Source of the DNA: an uncultured virus (IMG/VR IMGVR_UViG_3300037504_000379)
Lineage: Duplodnaviria > Heunggongvirae > Uroviricota > Caudoviricetes > Crassvirales
Direction: 5' to 3' (one strand)
Virus record (IMG/VR): IMGVR_UViG_3300037504_000379
DNA: 64,000 nt
A program made the translations under genes and the position numbers. Below, in pieces: positions 1 to 10,000 of this stretch (positions are counted from its first letter, which is position 1; the number at the start of each line of letters is the position of its first letter). The notes beneath the pieces were generated by a model. The model was not told where the DNA came from. It ran no database searches and saw nothing but the letters and a program-made list of their open reading frames with translations.

Positions 1-385
1 CATCTCCAAGCCTCGCTTTCCTTAATATTTCATTAAACGTATATTCATCCAACATCTTTTGTGCTTCTTCCACAAACTTAATCTCCACGAAATACATATC
101 AGGAGGGTTGTTGCGTAGCTTTACTATCCGGCTCTCTATCATCTTAAGAAGCTTTTTCTGAATACCAATAGTATGTTCTAATCTTTCCAACCAACTATCA
201 TTCACGCCTCCCACAGATTCTTTTTTTTGCTTGCCGGACTGATACTTACCTTCCAACACCTGAATATCTGTCTCCACCTTGTTGTGCCAGTCCCTCAGCT
301 GCTCCAGGTCTTCACAGACATCCACATCATTCTCTGTAAAATTATATTGCTCATTTTTTAAACACCTAATTGGTTGTCTTGTCAT
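1..385 (-). CDS. hypothetical protein, runs off window edge
   Basis: Hand-translated open frame MTRQPIRCLKNEQYNFTENDVDVCEDLEQ... starting immediately after the stop of the exonuclease gene. Confidence 0.7.
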   Translation of the reverse strand, partial: MTRQPIRCLKNEQYNFTENDVDVCEDLEQLRDWHNKVETDIQVLEGKYQSGKQKKESVGGVNDSWLERLEHTIGIQKKLLKMIESRIVKLRNNPPDMYFVEIKFVEEAQKMLDEYTFNEILRKARLGD

Positions 386-386
386 A

Positions 387-1058
387 TCACGTTCCTCTCA
401 TTATGTTATGTAACGGTCTTAATCTTTCATCTACATCATCCCTGCAATACTGGTACACTTTTTCATGTTCTCCTCTTAGAAAATGGTCATACACCTGACC
501 ACCGTCTATTCCTTCTTTTGTTTTTAATCCTAAAAAGTTACAAATACTATCGAGCGATGTATAATTTTTGAAACTACTTACTTCCCAAAGTTCTGAAGTG
601 TCAATTATCCGCTTGTCTCTCTGTCCTGTTGGAAGCATATGCAGCACCTTAGTTGCTCCATACTTCCATATGCGATGAATTATCCAGGGAAGATCAAAGT
701 TCCTAATGTTATGCCCTACCCATCCTGCTGTAGCCAAAGACCTATCATAACTTTTATAAAGATCATCTACAAACTCTTCTATCATCTGCTTCTCATCTTT
801 ATACTCAATAGTTTTGACAGGTTCATCATTCATGGCATAACATATACAATAGATTCGTCCCTCTTCACTCTTTAGGGAGCGTTTCTTGTATTCTTCTGCA
901 ATATGTTTTTCAGCCCATGCCTGAATAACTTCCTCCTTCTTATAATTCTTTGGAGCCTCTTTCTTCGCTTCCTCTATAGACATTTTCTCACCATCTGGCA
1001 ATGTCTCAATATCTATATACAGAAAATTTTCTAAATGTGCTTGCTCTAAATAATTCAT
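387..1058 (-). CDS. DnaQ/PolB-type 3'-5' exonuclease
   Basis: DEDD motifs: YIDIET, GHNIRNFDLP, YCRDDV. Confidence 0.85.
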   Translation of the reverse strand: MNYLEQAHLENFLYIDIETLPDGEKMSIEEAKKEAPKNYKKEEVIQAWAEKHIAEEYKKRSLKSEEGRIYCICYAMNDEPVKTIEYKDEKQMIEEFVDDLYKSYDRSLATAGWVGHNIRNFDLPWIIHRIWKYGATKVLHMLPTGQRDKRIIDTSELWEVSSFKNYTSLDSICNFLGLKTKEGIDGGQVYDHFLRGEHEKVYQYCRDDVDERLRPLHNIMRGT

Positions 1059-1059
1059 A

Positions 1060-1557
1060 TTACTTCAATTTAGACATTAAATCATCCTTCATCTCATCAA
1101 AACTTTTTACCATTGAACTATAAATGTCTTCATATATCTCCGTAAACTGCTTAACTTCCGTTCCACCTTTCTGTGCAATAATATCTTTGGCATAACTAGC
1201 AGCATAAGCAGGTAAGCTAGACTTATTCTTTATAATGTGTGAATAAGCAAATGCCTTAGATTTTTCCCATTCCAATTTTATTTCTTCTTCTACGCTTCGC
1301 TGTGGTTTACCACCTCCGCTGAATGATTTCTTTTGAGCCACAGGTTTAACTCTGTTATACTTCGGGTCTCCTTGGTCCTCAAAGGTGTATTCAGCCTCTT
1401 GTCCTTCTACAAACTTGTTCTGTTCCTTGTTTTTGGACAAATAGTTCCCCGCATCTCCATTTTCAAACATTATTCCATGACTATAAAATGTGCCATGTTC
1501 CAACTTTACCTCTTCTCTGTAAAATGCTTTCGTTACTTTACTCTTTTTCTGTTCCAT
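1060..1557 (-). CDS. hypothetical phage protein, possibly ssDNA-binding
   Basis: 165-aa ORF with beta-rich N-terminal half and Gly linker; replication-module context. Confidence 0.45.
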   Translation of the reverse strand: MEQKKSKVTKAFYREEVKLEHGTFYSHGIMFENGDAGNYLSKNKEQNKFVEGQEAEYTFEDQGDPKYNRVKPVAQKKSFSGGGKPQRSVEEEIKLEWEKSKAFAYSHIIKNKSSLPAYAASYAKDIIAQKGGTEVKQFTEIYEDIYSSMVKSFDEMKDDLMSKLK

Positions 1558-1651
1558 AATTTATCTCCTTATACGTTTAATATGTTAGCAAATTTTAACT
1601 CTTTTATCCTTTGTAGTGGCTTTGATCATCTTTTTAATTATTTTTATTCTA

Positions 1652-2152
1652 TCATAACACATTATAAACAACATTAAAACGATTGTTTATAATTATGTTA
1701 TAGTGCATTTGCCACCGCACTACGGCAGTTCAATATAAAAACCCCCACGCTCAACCATGACCTCCATTTCAGCAATTTCTTCTTTGTCATACCCTTCTTC
1801 AACCAGTTCCGTTTTGGTTCTAAGTTCACAAGGGTCATCATCTCCAGTCCAAATCAAATGACTGTTACTGGTTTTAGCATCACCCAGCCCACTCAATGTT
1901 TTATTACTCGCAACTACTATTAAATCTTGGTTAAGTTGCTCTTTACTCATTTTGTCAAGTTTCTTTTTTAAGTCTTTAAGTTTCATCTTTTTACTTTTTA
2001 TGCCTACCCGCAAAAAACGCACTATAACAAGCGGTCATAAAAAATTGCGGGGTCAGCGGTTAATATTTAAGTTACTACATTTATTTAAGTTTATTGGTTA
2101 GCGGAGTTTGTGCGGTTAAATCCGCAACTTTTCATACCGCCAGCCGTTATGA
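1652..2152 (-). mobile_element. hairpin-bounded gene cassette, locus A
   Basis: Minus strand: TCATAAC-GG long hairpin, GTTATAGTGC [ORF] GCACTATAAC, short hairpin with TCGTTTTAATG loop, GTTATGA. Confidence 0.8.
1720..1986 (-). CDS. cassette cargo, hypothetical protein (probable ATG at 1986)
   Basis: MKLKDLKKKLDKMSKEQLNQ...; the longer start in the ORF track lies inside the repeat. Confidence 0.7.
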   Translation of the reverse strand: MKLKDLKKKLDKMSKEQLNQDLIVVASNKTLSGLGDAKTSNSHLIWTGDDDPCELRTKTELVEEGYDKEEIAEMEVMVERGGFYIELP

Positions 2153-2446
2153 CTCTTTTTTAATACTCTTTGTCCTATAATCATCTTCACAATATTTTTG
2201 TAGATTAATCCCTAATTCACGAATTGCAAACTCACTTGCCTGGTGAATAAACATCCACAGTCGCTCTACATCCATTCCTGTTGTACTTTCTACTATATAT
2301 TCTGTTTCTGTTTCATCCACAAGAGCAAAACGTTTTAATAAAAAATTGTGTGCTTCCATAGGGGTCATTCCCGTCTCCAGGCATATGGGAAGCTTTACGC
2401 ATTTATGATAGTAACGCCTCACTCTCTCAGCCTTTGTCATACACAA
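2147..2446 (-). CDS. NinB-like protein
   Basis: RYYH...ETG...EAHNFL...STT pattern typical of NinB/YbcN-like proteins. Confidence 0.55.
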   Translation of the reverse strand: MCMTKAERVRRYYHKCVKLPICLETGMTPMEAHNFLLKRFALVDETETEYIVESTTGMDVERLWMFIHQASEFAIRELGINLQKYCEDDYRTKSIKKES

Positions 2447-2978
2447 GTAAGTTTAAATAGTCTTCTGTTATAAGCTCTACCCGCTCATCTACTTTATGAA
2501 CGCTCACTATCTCCGGTTCTATCCAATAAGCAATTCCATTCATTCCATATTGAACATCTCCATCTTCATCCTTAACCAGCCTCTCATGTTGCCTGACTAC
2601 AGCCTTAACCTTCTTTCCTGTCATAGACCTGAAACTCTCTAGCTGGCTACGTGACATTGTTGTTGTAAAGCCTTTATACCAAAGATTTTTCCAATTATTA
2701 TCGCCACTACCCACCATGTGATAACACGAAATAGGTTTATAGCTTATTTTTGTCTGCCTGTTTCCACGTTCTTCAGGAGGCTTGGTAAATTGAAAGACAA
2801 ACATTGGCTTCCCGTTTCGTGTCTTTCTCTCCTCTACGGACTTAAACGTAAGAGCATTCACCCCCACAGGAATATAAAGCATCTGTGTTTTAGACTTTCC
2901 ACTTTTAGACTTTACGTAACACATTTTGTCCGCAAACAAATCAGAAAGCTTTTCGTGTCTATCTTCGGTTAGAAACAT
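2427..2978 (-). CDS. hypothetical protein
   Basis: 183-aa ORF in operon. Confidence 0.7.
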   Translation of the reverse strand: MFLTEDRHEKLSDLFADKMCYVKSKSGKSKTQMLYIPVGVNALTFKSVEERKTRNGKPMFVFQFTKPPEERGNRQTKISYKPISCYHMVGSGDNNWKNLWYKGFTTTMSRSQLESFRSMTGKKVKAVVRQHERLVKDEDGDVQYGMNGIAYWIEPEIVSVHKVDERVELITEDYLNLLVYDKG

Positions 2979-3072
2979 ATTTAACTGTATTTAAACTAAT
3001 ATTACTGCCCTAATAGTAAATTAACTACTTATACTGTATCTTTAAGTTAAACTAACAGTATTTAAGCCGATA

Positions 3073-3765
3073 TTACTGCCTTATCGGTAACTTTACCGTT
3101 CCTACTATCTCTTTAGGCTGTACAATATAATACGTCTTATCAGAATAATATCTGTGACCCAACTCCTCAAGCTTAGGATAATGCTTAAACCTTGTGTACA
3201 CATAATCCCCTTCCTTGACAGCAGGATCATCGTAATACTTATCTACATAACGTATAGGCTCTGCTCTTTTAGCCAGCCTGTAAACATCCGAGTAATACTC
3301 GGTGGTTGGACGATGAATAATACTATCATGTTTCTTCTCTACGGGCTCTAAAAGCATATACCCATTAAGCATCTGACTCACTTCATTACGCTCCTTCATG
3401 TAAAGCCTGTGATAATCCATAACAATAAAAGTGCGATCATCTATCCTAAATAACCTCCCTTCTCGCTCACTTGTAGCAAAAGCACTGGATGAAAACCACA
3501 CCTCATCTCCCGACTCCACCTCAATGTCTGTCTCATAGTTATTTTTCTCGGTAGGTTCTACCCTGTCACATGCTGCTATCACTATGCCACTGCGTTCCAT
3601 ATGCTCACCATCTCCTGTGGCTGTCATATCACTAGCACCGATAGCCTCTCCTACTTTAACGTGTAAATTAAGACTTCCATAAGTGAGGGTAGAGTTACGA
3701 CCAAAGGTTTCGATAAGAACTTTTCCAGGAAGAGGCTTAGAGTTTAAAATATCATCTATCTTCAT
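3073..3765 (-). CDS. GroES-like protein with two tandem domains
   Basis: KPLPGKVLIE...VESGDEVWF and LNGYMLLEPV...VKEGDYVY. Confidence 0.6.
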   Translation of the reverse strand: MKIDDILNSKPLPGKVLIETFGRNSTLTYGSLNLHVKVGEAIGASDMTATGDGEHMERSGIVIAACDRVEPTEKNNYETDIEVESGDEVWFSSSAFATSEREGRLFRIDDRTFIVMDYHRLYMKERNEVSQMLNGYMLLEPVEKKHDSIIHRPTTEYYSDVYRLAKRAEPIRYVDKYYDDPAVKEGDYVYTRFKHYPKLEELGHRYYSDKTYYIVQPKEIVGTVKLPIRQ

Positions 3766-4018
3766 ATAAAAGAATTTTATCTGTGTCAACAATAGCTGTA
3801 TCGTCATCATTCATCTTAATACCTGCCGTAGATACACATATTACGTCTCCGCGTTTAAACTCTCTTTCCTCAGGCAGAGGCGTTCCTGCTACAAGAACTT
3901 CTGCCCAACGTCTTCGTTTACGGTTTTTCTTTTTAACTGTATCAGGAGTGATAATACTACCTTGTTTTTCTTTAAGAAATTTAATCATCACTTTTCCTGC
4001 CTTTGGCATTATTTCCAT
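3752..4018 (-). CDS. GroES-like co-chaperonin
   Basis: IMPKAGKVMIK, GSIITPDT, AEVLVAG, FKRGDVI, IVDTDKIL. Confidence 0.65.
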   Translation of the reverse strand: MEIMPKAGKVMIKFLKEKQGSIITPDTVKKKNRKRRRWAEVLVAGTPLPEEREFKRGDVICVSTAGIKMNDDDTAIVDTDKILLYEDR

Positions 4019-4189
4019 TTATTCAAACGTTAAGTTAAACTCATCTTTTAATTTAGCCATGGCTTGATTCTTACTTGCCATATAATGAAACCTGTCTTGT
4101 GGTGTTTTAGGAAGACAAATATCAAATGGTTTCCGCAAAGATTCAAGCCTAGCCTTTTCTTGTTCTGTATATTCTCTACGCTTTTTCAT
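4019..4189 (-). CDS. 56-aa protein resembling the Bacteroidota DnaX (tau) C-terminus
   Basis: Hand-translated MKKRREYTEQEKARLESLRKPFDICLPKTPQDRFHYMASKNQAMAKLKDEFNLTFE; fills the gap between neighbours exactly. Confidence 0.55.
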   Translation of the reverse strand: MKKRREYTEQEKARLESLRKPFDICLPKTPQDRFHYMASKNQAMAKLKDEFNLTFE

Positions 4190-4192
4190 ACA

Positions 4193-4564
4193 TCAAAAAG
4201 GGAGATCATCCTCTTCGTCAGGCATTTGTGGACTACTCTGCTGCTGACCTCCATTAACATCCTTATCCTGATGCTTCATATTAATATACTTAGCAGAAGT
4301 AAACCATCCACCATTACTGCCTTCATTACTTACTACATCAAAAGAAACTTCCACGTTATCCCCTACAGAAAAATTCTGTATAATATAATTCCAACGCTTA
4401 TCAAAGTTTTCCTTTTTAGAGAACACTTCCGTGGCTAGCTTTTTAGTAAAATACTTGTCCTTAGCCTTCTCCGTCCACTCAATAACTACTTGTCCTTTTT
4501 TGTACTGACCCTTTATTTCTTGTGGATCAACAATCTGAGCAATCTTTCCTTTTTGATTTTGCAT
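4193..4564 (-). CDS. DUF3127-family SSB-like protein
   Basis: GDNVEVSFDV..E..GGWFTS and acidic tail DDLPF. Confidence 0.8.
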   Translation of the reverse strand: MQNQKGKIAQIVDPQEIKGQYKKGQVVIEWTEKAKDKYFTKKLATEVFSKKENFDKRWNYIIQNFSVGDNVEVSFDVVSNEGSNGGWFTSAKYINMKHQDKDVNGGQQQSSPQMPDEEDDLPF

Positions 4565-4604
4565 AATTTATTCATTTACTGATTTTAAAATTTATAATTA
4601 CTTC

Positions 4605-5180
4605 GCTAACAATGCATAAACAGAATTAAAACTCTGTTTATACGGATGTTATGGCACAAGCTACTGCAAGTAACCAAGTGCCTTCGCTTTTTCCTGAATA
4701 GCTTTCATATCACTTTCAGGGTAGCCCCAGTGTGGGCAGTATAATCCACCGTATCCATTATTGTGGTTTGTGTATTCACCAGTCTTTATATATTCGATAA
4801 AATCTTTTACCAATGCCCACATTGTCCCGCCATGATGCCATCCTTTTGGTGGGTAACCGTTTTTTGTATGCAAGTACATTTTTGTTTTATTATATTCATT
4901 ATGCATGTAAAGCCCACCCGCTTTCTGGAAGATGTAAGCCATATCTGCGTCTTTTTTGTACAGGAAAAACTCCCGCCCACGTAGGGCGATTTCCTTTATT
5001 ATTTCATTTACTATACTGATTCTACCTTCTTTAGTGTCGCCAGTGCCTAACATCGCATCATACGGCATGGCCTTGGTTTCTACTTGTTTGTCACTTTCGT
5101 TTTTCATATCTAATGGTATTTACTGTTTGATAATTTCGTTCTTTGTATTCGGCCACGACCGCATATGCGTAGCCGTTAGC
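4605..5180 (-). mobile_element. hairpin-bounded gene cassette, locus B
   Basis: Minus strand: GCTAACGG hairpin, GTTAGGCAC [ORF] GTGCCATAAC, short hairpin, GTTAGC; terminal hairpin nearly identical to locus C. Confidence 0.8.
4661..5107 (-). CDS. cassette cargo, hypothetical protein
   Basis: 148-aa ORF starting inside the hairpin loop; HGGT and WGY motifs. Confidence 0.75.
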   Translation of the reverse strand: MKNESDKQVETKAMPYDAMLGTGDTKEGRISIVNEIIKEIALRGREFFLYKKDADMAYIFQKAGGLYMHNEYNKTKMYLHTKNGYPPKGWHHGGTMWALVKDFIEYIKTGEYTNHNNGYGGLYCPHWGYPESDMKAIQEKAKALGYLQ

Positions 5181-5328
5181 TCATTTACTTCACTATAAAA
5201 TCCCTTGCTATTCATATTTAAATCTTTTTAAAATAAGCCCCTGCCATTTTACTGACAGAGACTTAAACTCATTCGCTATTGTTTAACATGTCAAAAATAC
5301 AAAAACTTTCCGACAATAACAAATATTT

Positions 5329-5997
5329 CTACAATAAAATTAAAAGAATTATTCCTGCCCCAACAGCACCAAAAGTTATATTCCTCTGTAACTTAGTTTT
5401 CTTAATATGTTTCTCAAGCGTATTAATTTGTAAGTCTTTCTCTGTTATTATTGTATCTTTTAAAGCTAGCTGATGTTTATAATTAGCCATTTGCCCTACA
5501 AGATTAAATATTTCCTCATCTTTCACATCTATAATACTATCTTGTATCTGTAATTTTTCCTTAAAGATGCCAACCTTTGCTTTTAATTTTTCAAGCTTAA
5601 ACTCATTAGCTTTAGCCTTCCTGAAAAAAGCCTCTGTGACGACTACATACGTATCATTTTTAACCTTAATTATCTTTTGAGTACTATCTATCAACTCAGA
5701 CAATTTAGCTTCATATACCCGCCTTATTCTACCTCTATAGCGTTTCTCTGTTTCCTTTAACTCTTTATCTTTCTCAGCAAGTTTTTTCTCGTAATCGTCC
5801 ACCCTTTTATGTAAACTATCAATAACTAAACTACTATCTCTTATTGCCGACTCAAGTCTACCTATTTTATTCTCGTATTGCGCTATTTTCTTTTCCGATT
5901 CTTTAAGCTTACTATCTAACTCATTCTTATCCCCAAAAAGAAAAAGAGTTAACGTTACTAGCCCTGCTATAGTTATAATTTCTAATATTAATCTCAT
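5329..5997 (-). CDS. membrane-anchored coiled-coil lysis protein (spanin-like)
   Basis: Hydrophobic N- and C-termini, long coiled coil, directly after the endolysin. Confidence 0.6.
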   Translation of the reverse strand: MRLILEIITIAGLVTLTLFLFGDKNELDSKLKESEKKIAQYENKIGRLESAIRDSSLVIDSLHKRVDDYEKKLAEKDKELKETEKRYRGRIRRVYEAKLSELIDSTQKIIKVKNDTYVVVTEAFFRKAKANEFKLEKLKAKVGIFKEKLQIQDSIIDVKDEEIFNLVGQMANYKHQLALKDTIITEKDLQINTLEKHIKKTKLQRNITFGAVGAGIILLILL

Positions 5998-5998
5998 C

Positions 5999-6454
5999 TT
6001 ATCGCTTTGTTAATTCTAAGTGTGGTAAATCATCAAATTCCTGATCGTCTAAAATTATTCCATCCATATCCCAATTACCTCCCCATCTGATATTGTGCTC
6101 TATAAGCTTATCCTTCCTTAGCTCATAAGCAACGCCAGTAAAAAGTCCTGCCAAATAATTTAAGTCTCTTTCTTTCCAGCTAACTTCTCCATCAACCCAT
6201 GCATAAACATCAACAGCCAAGGAAGGAATATAATTATGTTTTCCTTTTTTCTCAACACCATCTATGTGTGTAACGATCTTGCCCGGCTTAGTCCTGCCTT
6301 TAGCATATAACTCTTGCTGCTTCTCAACTGGCCTATGCCCCTCTGCTATCCCAAAGTCAACCTTAGAGGCTTTAATGGCCTCATTCATTATCAGAATTAA
6401 ATCAGGATGACACGTCTGTAATCGCTCTCTCGATGTCCTGCTAAATTTATACAT
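5999..6454 (-). CDS. endolysin, M15-family L-Ala-D-Glu peptidase
   Basis: EGHR..EKQQELYAKGRT, KHN...AVD, WGGNW, DLPHLEL. Confidence 0.9.
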   Translation of the reverse strand: MYKFSRTSRERLQTCHPDLILIMNEAIKASKVDFGIAEGHRPVEKQQELYAKGRTKPGKIVTHIDGVEKKGKHNYIPSLAVDVYAWVDGEVSWKERDLNYLAGLFTGVAYELRKDKLIEHNIRWGGNWDMDGIILDDQEFDDLPHLELTKR

Positions 6455-6626
6455 CTTCCTTATTTCTATCCTTCCACTTATAATAAATTCCCTGCATATA
6501 ATACACTATCATAATTATTGCCAGAATGGCTCCTGCCACAAGGCTTATCTTATCCCATGCTGCAATATTTAACACAATAGCGATCGTGCTTATAAATTTA
6601 TCTACGTGCATACCTATGAATTTCAT
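6447..6626 (-). CDS. putative holin (59 aa)
   Basis: Hand-translated MKFIGMHVDKFISTIAIVLNIAAWDKISLVAGAILAIIMIVYYMQGIYYKWKDRNKEDV; hydrophobic with charged tail; overlaps endolysin start. Confidence 0.65.
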   Translation of the reverse strand: MKFIGMHVDKFISTIAIVLNIAAWDKISLVAGAILAIIMIVYYMQGIYYKWKDRNKEDV

Positions 6627-6639
6627 AGTTTAACATATA

Positions 6640-6951
6640 TTAATACCTTAACCAGAACTTCTTAATATCGTTATCTGCATGATAATAGATACGCTTCACC
6701 TTACCTTCGTCTGTTCCATCCTTAAAAGGAAAAAGAACCTCCGAATCATCACCATAAAACACAACGTCTAGCTTGCCCCCACCATCGGTGTGTACAAACA
6801 CAAAAGGAACACCAAGCTCCTCATAAACATCGTAATACCCTGTAGCGTCTGATGCACTTGTGGAATATTCAGGATAAGTAAAGTTCACCTCAACACAATG
6901 TGCTGGCTGATGTACTACCTGTCCATCTTTGTCTAACAATCTATAATTCAT
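6640..6951 (-). CDS. hypothetical protein
   Basis: 103-aa ORF downstream of a TAnnTTTG motif at 7016-7023. Confidence 0.7.
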   Translation of the reverse strand: MNYRLLDKDGQVVHQPAHCVEVNFTYPEYSTSASDATGYYDVYEELGVPFVFVHTDGGGKLDVVFYGDDSEVLFPFKDGTDEGKVKRIYYHADNDIKKFWLRY

Positions 6952-7044
6952 AATTAATATTTACGTTTTTTACCTTTCTTTTTCTTTGCCATAATGCTTT
7001 ATTTTTATGTTAATACAAAAATACTAAAAACTAATTTTGACGTT

Positions 7045-10000
7045 TTAATACTTGTCAAATGGTACATAAAATCCTGTCCTTACCATTCGCTGAAAATCAC
7101 TGCCTGCCTTATAATCGCCAACTTTCGTTTTTTCTAAAATATCATCCAATTCCCAATACCGAACTTTATGCTTTCCGGCAGCCTTATACAACTCATTTGC
7201 TTTTTGTATTGTCTCTTTTGCTGCCTGATTAGCCTGCCTGTAAGCTTTTTCTTTTTCTTCTTTTGATATACCTTTTCTTCCTTTTTTGTCCCAATAAATT
7301 TCTCTTGCACTAGCAAACTCATCTCCTATCTGCTTCATCTTAAAATAAAACGATGTTTTCATATTAACATCTGATACTCTAAATCCAGAAACTAATGCAG
7401 ATATTTCATTAACCGGATCGTAATTCTTGCCATAATACCCTTCATAATCCTTAAAGGATTTATGTATACGCTCAGCGCTAGACACGACCCCTGGTTGTAT
7501 TCCATTCCACAAATATCCTATTATTTCCTTAGCTTTATCTCCAGGTGGCAAAGCTTCATTATATACTTTATCCTCAGTGTCTCCTTTTTTATTATTAAAC
7601 ACATCATTAATTTTGCCTGCCAACAATTCTCTTCCAATAAAAGGCTCAGAAAATTCCCTGACAGCATCAATGGCTGCTTCATCAACGCTATCTCCCCTAA
7701 TAGCTGCATTAACTACTTGCTTAGTAAAGTTAAAAGGATCAGAATATCCTACATCAATATACGTATAGACTCCTCTCCCTTTATCCTTAAGGATTAATAT
7801 ATCACTATTTTCAGACCAAGGAGGCAGAAACTTCCTTATGTCCTCCATGTCATCTGCATCAAGCCCTGCTAAACTACGCATACCTATAGCTGCCATTGTA
7901 GGTATAGCATGTGCCATCATTAACCCTGCCAATCTTTTCCGTCCAATTGACTTTGTATCTGGGTCACGCATCTCTTCCACTGCAATTTTAGCTGTGTTTG
8001 CCGTATTACGTATAACTTCAGCGGGAAAAGAAACAAACGTACCAGCAATCGGATTCCTTCTTAGAGCCATCATAAGCTTAGATGTAGCAAGACTATATGT
8101 CGGCATAGTATTTCTAACCACATCAGCAGCTCTATCCATTGCCATTTGTTCTATCTCTTCATTCGTGGCATCTGGGTTTTTCTTCTTATAAATATCCCTA
8201 TAACGATCTGTTTCATTAATAAAAGCATATAGCTTATGTGCTTCATCTTCTATACGATAAGCTTTTTCAATAGACCTTAATGACTTATCCTTTATTTTCT
8301 TATAAAAATTATCGTGTTGCTTGTCAAAATTTTCTAAGTGTTTAGACGATTCCTTAATATTGTCATGCACCTCACCAGCCCATGTACTTTCAGCAGCTAC
8401 TCCTCTACGTAATGCTTCCTCATAAAATTGCTTAAATTCATCACTTTTCTTCTTGCTAAGCATTCTAGCTGCCTGTTTCATAGGCCCCTCAGAAACACTA
8501 AAAGGCATCCGACCATTAGCCACATGAAACATGTAGTTAGCAACAAAGTTTCTTGCATGTGTTTGCGGAGAAAGAATTGTCTTACCATACTTCACAGCAG
8601 AATTAACCATCATGTACCCTCGCATCAAAGAAGGAAGGGGTTCAGATTGATTAAATGTTTCAAACGCTTCAGCTAATTCCTTAGATGTATATAGCCCATT
8701 TAAAGGCGCCATCGTTACACTACCCTCTGCCGCTATTGGAGTAGAAAATCCTTTTGTTTCTGTCTCATATAAAAACGGATTATCTCCTTTTAGGCCTTGT
8801 TCTCTAACCCACGACAAAAACTTATGTCTGGAAATTAAGTCTGCCATCTTAGCCACAGAAGTTGAGTAGTTATACAATGGGTCTTTATATTCCCCAAGTA
8901 AATCACGAATAGACTGATCTTCCAATATTCGTTTCTTAAGAATGCCTAAATCTTTAGCCCCAAGCTTTTTGCTTGTATTAAGTGTTTGCAGGGGCATTTC
9001 ATTTTTTATAAGAAGAGACTCCAATCTACCTTCTACCTGATCTTGTGTTAACTCAGGAAATTCTTTGCGAATTGTATTGATTGCCCTATTTTTTATTTCC
9101 TCTGGTATATTTTCAAGCTTCCACTTACCATCATTATGTACTTTATATGTTCTGGTTAAGTAATATCCAAGATTATCATTAATCTTAGCTGCCAAGTCAC
9201 CTTCCACCAAACCTTCTCTTATCATCTCCTTAGATAGAGCATCTATCTGATTACGCATTTCAACTAAAGGTTCTCTTAATCTCTCAGGAACCTTCTTCAA
9301 CACCTCTTGTCGTGTAGGACGCTTTTCTAATTGTAATTTAAGTTGTGTTCCTTCTGGTGCTTTAAACTCTTGTATTGTCCCCAAAGATGCTAACGCTTCA
9401 TTTAGCTTTTCAAGCTGTGGTTGACTGACCTTTGGCGTTCCAAGTTTAGTTTTCCCGTAAGTTTCTTTAAGAGCTTTATTGAATTTTCCCCTCATCTCAT
9501 CAACACGCTCCATATAAACCTTAACCTCACCCTGCGTTCTAACCCATTGATTAAATACTTCTTTAGGGATATAACCTCTTGATGTCAAATATTTTCTATG
9601 CCAATGCGCCAGCTTCTTATCATTAACCTCAAATTCAATAAAGCTATTCTTCTCTAATTTTGCCATTGGCTGTTGTTCCCTGAAGTCTTTTGTAGCTTTA
9701 TTTTGTTCAGCCGTATTTCCTGGTTGAACAAACTCTGAACTGGCAACATCCTGTTCAATCTCCGGTGTTGTCTTCATACCAAAGTTAAGAACCTCACTTT
9801 TCTCTACTTCCTCGCCAAGTCCCTGTTGTCTCTGTACATATTTATTCTGCTTGTCCTTGAGTCTTATTATAAAATTCTGCCTGTCTTTCTGAGAAAGCTG
9901 ATCTTGTACCTGAGCAAACTCTCTGCCTATATCAGACACATTTTCACCCTCCTGCGTTTCGGAAAGCCTTCTCTTCAGTTCCATATATTTTTCACGAACA

